From NCBI GenBank assembly GCA_041740355.1, contig JBGSMD010000068.1:1-22294 (forward strand): a stretch of DNA of 22,294 nt, written 5' to 3'. This document shows positions 16,804-22,294 of the stretch, piece by piece (within the stretch, counting starts at the first letter, position 1; every line of letters begins with the position of its first letter). Position numbers and translations under genes: made by a program. The notes beneath the pieces are model-generated. The model had not been told where the DNA came from and searched no databases. It saw only the letters and a list, made by a program, of their open reading frames with translations. Source of the DNA: Bdellovibrionota bacterium. Its GTDB lineage: Bacteria; Bdellovibrionota_C; UBA2361; CALJRW01.

Positions 16804-17977
16804 ATTGATTACCAAGCAATTTTTTTAATGACTCGTCTAGTTCTTGATTAGAAAACTTTACACCCTTCGACTTCTGAATCAAATTTACAATACGATATTC
16901 GCAATAAGACCTTGGAATCAACTCAAGCCCACCAAATAACTGCTTCTTCTTGAAAATTAAAAAAGTTAGGTTATCTTTGGAAAAAAAATTCTCGCTGAGT
17001 GGATACTGCTGATTAGCACTAGACGCTAATATCTTAATCATCATCCATCTTAATTCTTGTAATTGATCATTAGAGCTAGTTTTCCTGATGTAATATTCGC
17101 TATTTATTCGAGCAGTTCTAAAAATAACATTTACCTTCAAGTACATTTTAAGAAGAATTAAATATTCTTCAATGGCCGCCAGTTCCCATTTTTTGAATCC
17201 TAAGGAAAAGATTTTTAAAGCAGCCTCTTCAATCTCGCTCAATGCTGATTCTCCTGCCGAAGTTAAAACCAATATCTTAACACGCTGATCATTTGGGTGG
17301 CTTTGAAAATCAATTAACTCATTGGTCTGATAAGCTTTAATTCTCTGGCTAAGTGTATTCAACGAGACTTTGAGCTTAATAGCTAACTCACTGATAGAAA
17401 TTTGTTGTGAATCAATTTCTGCAAATATCAACCAATCGAGAGCATTCCAATTACTCCGAAAAACACCTGAGCCTATAATTTGGTATAATCTGGTAACGCG
17501 CCGAATAGCAATTTTAATAATCTCCTGATTCTCTTTGCTAGTGAGGGGCAGCACAGGTGCACCTTGATCATCAGCAAATTTCCAAAAGTAGTTAGCAAAT
17601 TTGGCTATCTCCACATTATTTAAGCCTATTGATAAATTCGTAATTTGCTTTTTGTTGAATTTTTCTTGAAGCTCCAGAAACTGGAAACCTTTTGAGGTTA
17701 AAGAATATCCCTCCTGTTTAAGTAGATAACCTGAGCTAATCAAATGATGTACTCCTCTTGTTACAGTACTACTGCTTATCGATAAGTTCTTGGCTATATC
17801 TGATAATTTAGCTTGGGGGTTCTGCTGTAAATCAAGTAGAATATAAGCATTGCTGGGACTAACTTCTGTTCCATACGAACTTTCCGTAAACTCTGAAATA
17901 ATTAAGTGTTCCTTAAAGAAATCTAATAATGTTAAATAAAGATTTTCGCGGTAGTCTGCTCGAAATTTTATTGTCAT
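16781..17977 (-). CDS. Tandem MarR-domain transcriptional regulator with an extra C-terminal domain
   Basis: wHTH 1: LSDIAKNLSISSSTVTRGVHHLISSGYL...LTSKG. wHTH 2: ISELAIKLKVSLNTLSQRI...HPNDQRVKILVLTSAG. Confidence 0.85.
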   Translation of the reverse strand: MTIKFRADYRENLYLTLLDFFKEHLIISEFTESSYGTEVSPSNAYILLDLQQNPQAKLSDIAKNLSISSSTVTRGVHHLISSGYLLKQEGYSLTSKGFQFLELQEKFNKKQITNLSIGLNNVEIAKFANYFWKFADDQGAPVLPLTSKENQEIIKIAIRRVTRLYQIIGSGVFRSNWNALDWLIFAEIDSQQISISELAIKLKVSLNTLSQRIKAYQTNELIDFQSHPNDQRVKILVLTSAGESALSEIEEAALKIFSLGFKKWELAAIEEYLILLKMYLKVNVIFRTARINSEYYIRKTSSNDQLQELRWMMIKILASSANQQYPLSENFFSKDNLTFLIFKKKQLFGGLELIPRSYCEYRIVNLIQKSKGVKFSNQELDESLKKLLGNQFSFLSPF

Positions 17978-18077
17978 ATATTTAAACTTTTAGTAACCAG
18001 AAACTTTACTCTGCTAAGAGTCTTAATCTTACTTTGAATTTACTATAATTTTTATCGATTATCATGGCTATCTTAAG

Positions 18078-18111
18078 AGCGAGAAGAAGTTTTCAGAAAC
18101 ATCTTCTCGCT
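18078..18111 (-). terminator. Hairpin downstream of the 18146 ORF
   Basis: agcgagaaga (18078-18087) / tcttctcgct (18102-18111) plus inner gttt/aaac; weak U-tract. Confidence 0.5.
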
Positions 18112-18145
18112 TAAGTTCGTTACAATTCATTGATTCTCAACTAAC

Positions 18146-18802
18146 TTAAATCTGACGTAAAGATTTTAATGCTTTAATTTGATCAGCATTAGTTGGTATT
18201 AAGATACTTGCGACAAGACCAAGTTCAAAACAAACAACTGGCTGATCTAAAGATGATTTCTTTTCACTAGGATTAATTTTTATAAATGTTCCGGCAATTC
18301 CATCTAATCTGTTCTTATCAGCTTCCGTTGCTTGAGTTATTCTGTAATAATCCTCTTCAATTCTTAAAACACCAGTTGCTGGAGTAAATTCATAATCCTT
18401 TTTGGCAAATACTGCGAGGTTACTCCATGAACCTCTTCCGATAATACGATCCCCCGACTCATCAAGTAAAATAAATCCTACTAATCTTTTCGATACTTCG
18501 GTAGTTATCATCTCACCTGCTTCATCAAATTGAAACTTCCCTTCATTCATTGCCGGCTCTCGGACAGTAACTGGGTAAGCAAGGCTAGGCTCTTGCACAA
18601 ATTTACCAGCTCCATAATTTTCTCCAGGTGCTTTACTAAAGGAATAAAATGCTAATATTTCTTCCCCTTTCTTTGGACCTGTAACGGCAACTTGAAGATT
18701 AGAATCGGTAACCTTACCGCTTTCCATGTCAATTCTTAAGTTCCATTGTCCTGTTTGATGAATAACCTCTGTAGTACTTGTATTTATTGAAAACGACGAC
18801 AT
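18146..18802 (-). CDS. Hypothetical protein, 218 aa (start revised to the ATG at 18802)
   Basis: AAGGAG lies 4 nt before ATG TCG TCG (MSSFSIN). Soluble, beta-rich composition; no family recognised. Confidence 0.8.
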   Translation of the reverse strand: MSSFSINTSTTEVIHQTGQWNLRIDMESGKVTDSNLQVAVTGPKKGEEILAFYSFSKAPGENYGAGKFVQEPSLAYPVTVREPAMNEGKFQFDEAGEMITTEVSKRLVGFILLDESGDRIIGRGSWSNLAVFAKKDYEFTPATGVLRIEEDYYRITQATEADKNRLDGIAGTFIKINPSEKKSSLDQPVVCFELGLVASILIPTNADQIKALKSLRQI

Positions 18803-19119
18803 ATAACTCCTTAAATAATATAATTTTAATTGCTCAAGATCACTTTTATTTGGAAAATTGAACAATTAAATTATTTCATCTCTGTAGTTCTTAGTCAAAT
18901 ACTCCTATAATGCAACTAGTTTAAAATGTAAGCACTAAATATTTCATCTTCAGAAAGTTCTATAACTTACTGGATCTGCTAATTATTTTGAAACAAAGCC
19001 CGAAAGCTAAAAAAATATAGGTTTAAGATTAATTTACTAAGGAACTAAGCTGGAAGTGAGTTGAGGAGGTATCTTTAATATCCAAAATTGAAACCGGAAC
19101 TGGTGTTATATATAAATAT

Positions 19120-19353
19120 ATATACTAGGCAACAATTAAAATTCCTCTTTCAAATTTAGTTGCCTAGTATATCAAGCACGAAGTGCTTGCTGCGACCCTA
19201 GGGGGTCGCAAAAGTTATTATCCTTATAAAATAAGGATAATAACTTGGAAGACAAGTATACTGAAACCCTAATAAGCTGAAAATGCATTCTGCATTTTAC
19301 CAAGCAGTTCTGTAATTCTTAATGGGTTTTAGTATATAACTCCAGTATTGGAG
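19120..19353. repeat. Cluster of back-to-back inverted repeats downstream of pnp
   Basis: Stems at 19120-19172 (14 bp), 19173-19189 (7 bp), 19191-19210 (8 bp), 19212-19246 (16 bp), 19257-19336 (13 bp, with an inner 8-bp stem at 19280-19298) and 19340-19353. Confidence 0.9.
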
Positions 19354-19361
19354 ACTGAGAA

Positions 19362-21464
19362 TTAATTCATTCCCATATCAGCTAATGCTTCACGGCGAGA
19401 TAGCTTGATTTTACCATTCGAGTCTACATTCAGAACTTTAACTGGAACTTGATCCCCTTTTGCCAATACATCATTAACATCTTCAGTTCGCTCATCAGAG
19501 ATTTCAGAAACGTGTAACAATCCATCCGTTCCAGGAAGAATTTCAACAAAAGCCCCAAATGATTCAATTCGTTTAACAATTCCTTGGTAAATTTTACCAA
19601 TCTCTGCTTCTGCTGTGTGTGCCTTGATTACTTTAAGACCAGCGGCCATTTGCTCAGCATTAGAACCAGAAACAGTTACTGTTCCATCGTCTTGGATATC
19701 TATGTTAATCTTGTAAACATCAGTAATTGATTTGATAGTTTTACCACCAGAACCAATCAAGTCGCGAATCTTACCTGGATTAATCTTGATAACTTCAATT
19801 TGTGGAGCTTTTGGATTAATGATTGCACGTGTCTCAGCCATTGCTTCTTTCATTACTGAAAGAATATGCAATCTGGCGACTCGTGCTTGATCCAATGCTT
19901 GAGTCATAATTTCTTTAGACAAACCAGCAATCTTGATATCCATTTGAATCGCAGTAACGCCAGTTTCAGTTCCACAGATTTTAAAATCCATATCACCTAA
20001 ATGATCTTCGTCCCCTAGGATGTCAGTTAGAACTACGAAATCTTCATCTCGCTTTAATAATCCCATTGCGACACCAGCAACTGGAGCTTTGATTTTAATA
20101 CCAGCATCCATCAGAGCCATAGTACCACCGCACACTGAAGCCATAGAACTTGAACCATTTGATTCAGTAATATCAGACACAATTCGGATTACGTATGGAT
20201 TTGATTTATCAGTTGGTACAACTGGAATCAAAGCACGCTCTGCAAGTGCACCATGTCCAACTTCTCGTCGACCCACTCCACGCATTGGCTTAGCTTCGCC
20301 CACGGAATAACCCGGGAAGTTGTAATGTAAGCTAAATCTTTTTTGATAATCTTGATGAAGAGTTTCAATTCTCTGCATGCTGTCATTTCCTACAGCAAGC
20401 GTAGCAGTTACAATCCCTTGAGTTTCCCCACGAGTAAATAACGCTGAACCATGAACTCTTGGCAAGAAACCAACTTCGATATCGATTGGACGAACAGTTA
20501 CGAAATCACGACCATCAATTCGCACTTTCTTATCAAATGCAAGGCTTCTAACTTTTTCGTAAACTTCATCTTCAAAAATTGCTTTTACTTCAGTTGTAAT
20601 TTTTTCAGCGTTAGGATCATCGGATTTAACGATTGCAGCTACACAAGATTTTTTGAGTGCAGAAATAGCATCGCCACGAGCATGCTTATGTTCAGTCATG
20701 ATTGCCTTTTCTAATTCACCACCAGAAGTTAATGCCTGAACTTTTGCAATTAATTCAGCATTTTTAGGAGGGAGTGGCGCAATTACCACTTTCTCTTTAC
20801 CACACTGTTTAGCAAGATCTAACTGCATGTTGATTAGAGCTTGCATCTCTTGATGAGCATAAAAAATCGCATCTAATACTTCAGCTTCGGGAACAATTTG
20901 AGCTCCACCTTCAACCATTAGAATGGCATTTTTGGATCCAGCTACAATGATTTGCAATTCTGCTTTGTTAGACAATTCCATTGATGGGTTAATCATCAAC
21001 TTGCCATTAACACGACAAACGCGAACACCTGCAATTGGTCCATGAAATGGAATATCCGAAACTGTTAATGCCGCAGAAGCTCCAGTCATTGCTAATACAT
21101 CAGTTGGAACTTCTGGATCAGCGGAAAGGACGGTAGCAATTACCTGTAATTCATTGGACATTCCCTCTGGGAACATTGGACGACATGGACGATCGATTAA
21201 TCTTGAAGTTAATACTTCACTATCAGATAATTTTCCTTCTCTTTTAAAAAAACCACCAGGAATTTTTCCACCAGCATAAGCTTTTTCGATGTACTCGATT
21301 GTTAATGGCAAGAAATCAAATCCTCTGGACTCACCCATACAGACTGTAACTAAAACAACGGAGTCACCACAAGTGACTAAGGCTGTTCCATTTGTTTGTT
21401 TGGCGATACGCCCAGTTTCGATTGTAAGAGTTTTTCCATGAAACTCTGTTGATACGGTATACAT
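19362..21464 (-). CDS. pnp: Polyribonucleotide nucleotidyltransferase (start revised to the ATG at 21464)
   Basis: ETGRIAKQ, GKIPGGFFKREG, SRLIDRP.RP, HGSALFTRGETQ, ESNGSSSMAS, DHLGDMDFK, KH and S1 domains. AGGAG RBS at 21472-21476. Confidence 0.98.
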   Translation of the reverse strand: MYTVSTEFHGKTLTIETGRIAKQTNGTALVTCGDSVVLVTVCMGESRGFDFLPLTIEYIEKAYAGGKIPGGFFKREGKLSDSEVLTSRLIDRPCRPMFPEGMSNELQVIATVLSADPEVPTDVLAMTGASAALTVSDIPFHGPIAGVRVCRVNGKLMINPSMELSNKAELQIIVAGSKNAILMVEGGAQIVPEAEVLDAIFYAHQEMQALINMQLDLAKQCGKEKVVIAPLPPKNAELIAKVQALTSGGELEKAIMTEHKHARGDAISALKKSCVAAIVKSDDPNAEKITTEVKAIFEDEVYEKVRSLAFDKKVRIDGRDFVTVRPIDIEVGFLPRVHGSALFTRGETQGIVTATLAVGNDSMQRIETLHQDYQKRFSLHYNFPGYSVGEAKPMRGVGRREVGHGALAERALIPVVPTDKSNPYVIRIVSDITESNGSSSMASVCGGTMALMDAGIKIKAPVAGVAMGLLKRDEDFVVLTDILGDEDHLGDMDFKICGTETGVTAIQMDIKIAGLSKEIMTQALDQARVARLHILSVMKEAMAETRAIINPKAPQIEVIKINPGKIRDLIGSGGKTIKSITDVYKINIDIQDDGTVTVSGSNAEQMAAGLKVIKAHTAEAEIGKIYQGIVKRIESFGAFVEILPGTDGLLHVSEISDERTEDVNDVLAKGDQVPVKVLNVDSNGKIKLSRREALADMGMN

Positions 21465-21754
21465 TATAGTTCTCCTATTTTTATTGTTGATGTGAATTCG
21501 ATAGGTCAAGCCCAAGAAAATTATTGGGATATTTAAAACTACTTAATTTTTGACTCGGGTAGCAATTTTGATTTTCAAGCTTGAACTTAAAAATCAAAAT
21601 CGCCGGCCTCCATTAACTGAGTAGTTTTGTAACTGACCGATCGGAAAGTCACTAAATTTTATATCTTCAATCCAAGAAATAATGTCCGAATAACTTTTTC
21701 GGAAGTCCTGTTGGATTTACTATCTGTGTTGTTTTTAGGCATTCAAACCTGGAC

Positions 21755-21786
21755 ATCCACTTTTGCTAAAGCTGCGGCGGACAAGA
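21755..21786. repeat. REP-like repeat copy at a hairpin apex
   Basis: atccacttttgctaaagctgcggcggacaaga shares gctaaagct..ggcggacaagaa with 63-85, and is enclosed by stem 21742-21753/21789-21800. Confidence 0.75.
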
Positions 21787-21994
21787 ATTCAAGATTTGAA
21801 AAACCATAGCCTGCTTAAAACCGAAAGTTAAAGTTTTGAGCAGGCTTAAATTTTATGTTGTTATCGGCTAATTGGAAAGCCAGTAAATTTGATTTTCCAA
21901 CTAGCCGAGATTCGTTTTTTTGGTTTTAAAAAAACCTAAATCGTATTATTTAAACCCTCCGCTCGTCATTTTTGAAAATATCATATTCAGTCAA

Positions 21995-22098
21995 GGAGGG
22001 TTTTATGATGTTTTCTACGGCAAATAATGGCAACGCCATTATTTCGCTCGCCCAACGTCATTTATTTTTTATCAAAAATAAATGACGTTGGGTTAATA
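21995..22098 (-). repeat. Two-hairpin structured element, copy 2
   Basis: TACGGC (22016-22021), 10-bp stem 22022-22044, CGCTCGCCC (22045-22053), 19-bp stem 22051-22092, GGGTTAATA (22090-22098). Confidence 0.65.
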
Positions 22099-22294
22099 CT
22101 ACTTACGAATGCCTAATTTACCAATTAAAGTAGTATATCTCTCGTAGCTTTCACCTTTAAGGTAAGCTAGTAATTTTTTGCGACGAGAAATGATCGCCAT
22201 CATTCCTTTCTTAGAATGATGATCTTTAGCATTAGAATTGAAATGACCAGTAAGGTTGTTAATTCTTTCAGTTAACATTGCTACTTGAACTTCA
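22099..22294 (-). CDS. rpsO: 30S ribosomal protein S15, 5'-truncated by the window edge
   Basis: Manual translation gives [64 protein letters not shown] with TAG at 22101-22099. Classic rpsO-pnp order. Confidence 0.97.
   Translation of the reverse strand, partial: EVQVAMLTERINNLTGHFNSNAKDHHSKKGMMAIISRRKKLLAYLKGESYERYTTLIGKLGIRK

Larger units (their letters stand above)
21465..22098 (-). other. 634-nt hairpin-dense rpsO-pnp intergenic region
   Basis: About ten stem-loops, e.g. 21535-21628, 21669-21717, 21742-21800, 21808-21846, 21864-21908, 21952-22003, 22022-22044, 22051-22092. The ORF track shows no separate ORF here. Confidence 0.8.

Noticed and set aside
18803-18865. ORF-track start at 18865 (TTG)
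   Set aside because: The ATG at 18802 is preceded by AAGGAG and is the better start.
19120-19353. CRISPR array or tRNA
   Set aside because: The hairpins differ in sequence, with no direct repeat-spacer periodicity, no cas genes, and no cloverleaf or T-loop consensus.
10373-20714. Short ORFs 10373-10582, 13900-14157, 20020-20310 and 20451-20714
   Set aside because: Antisense shadows of tyrS, methionine gamma-lyase and pnp.
21465-21515. ORF-track pnp start at 21515 (TTG)
   Set aside because: The ATG at 21464 has an AGGAG RBS and gives the usual PNPase N-terminus.
22050-22093. Integron attC-like ends (ACCCAAC...GTTGGGC on the minus strand fits RYYYAAC/GTTRRRY)
   Set aside because: Only 44 nt, shorter than known attC sites. 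It is a perfect stem with no extrahelical bases, there is no integrase or cassette array, and copy 1 lacks the motif.

Overview
AT-rich bacterial chromosomal window (roughly one-third GC by eye) made mostly of housekeeping genes: yaaA, sufS, thrS, yacG, a type IV pilin, dedA, rpmG, tyrS, a KOW-Smr protein, nagD, methionine gamma-lyase, pnp and the 3' part of rpsO (missed by the ORF track), plus several hypothetical proteins. I see no CRISPR array, transposase, integrase, tRNA or rRNA. The most unusual signals are non-coding. (i) A two-hairpin element with conserved junctions but unrelated stems occurs twice, about 22 kb apart, just downstream of yaaA and of rpsO. (ii) A REP-like ~30-nt repeat occurs in three places, twice at hairpin tips and once nested inside another copy. 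(iii) Dense hairpin clusters flank pnp on both sides. Among the proteins, an intact ORF resembles a P1B-type ATPase with its catalytic motifs eroded, and there are a stand-alone KOW-Smr protein and a convergent GNAT-like / tandem-MarR pair. All calls come from reading motifs by eye; no searches were run.
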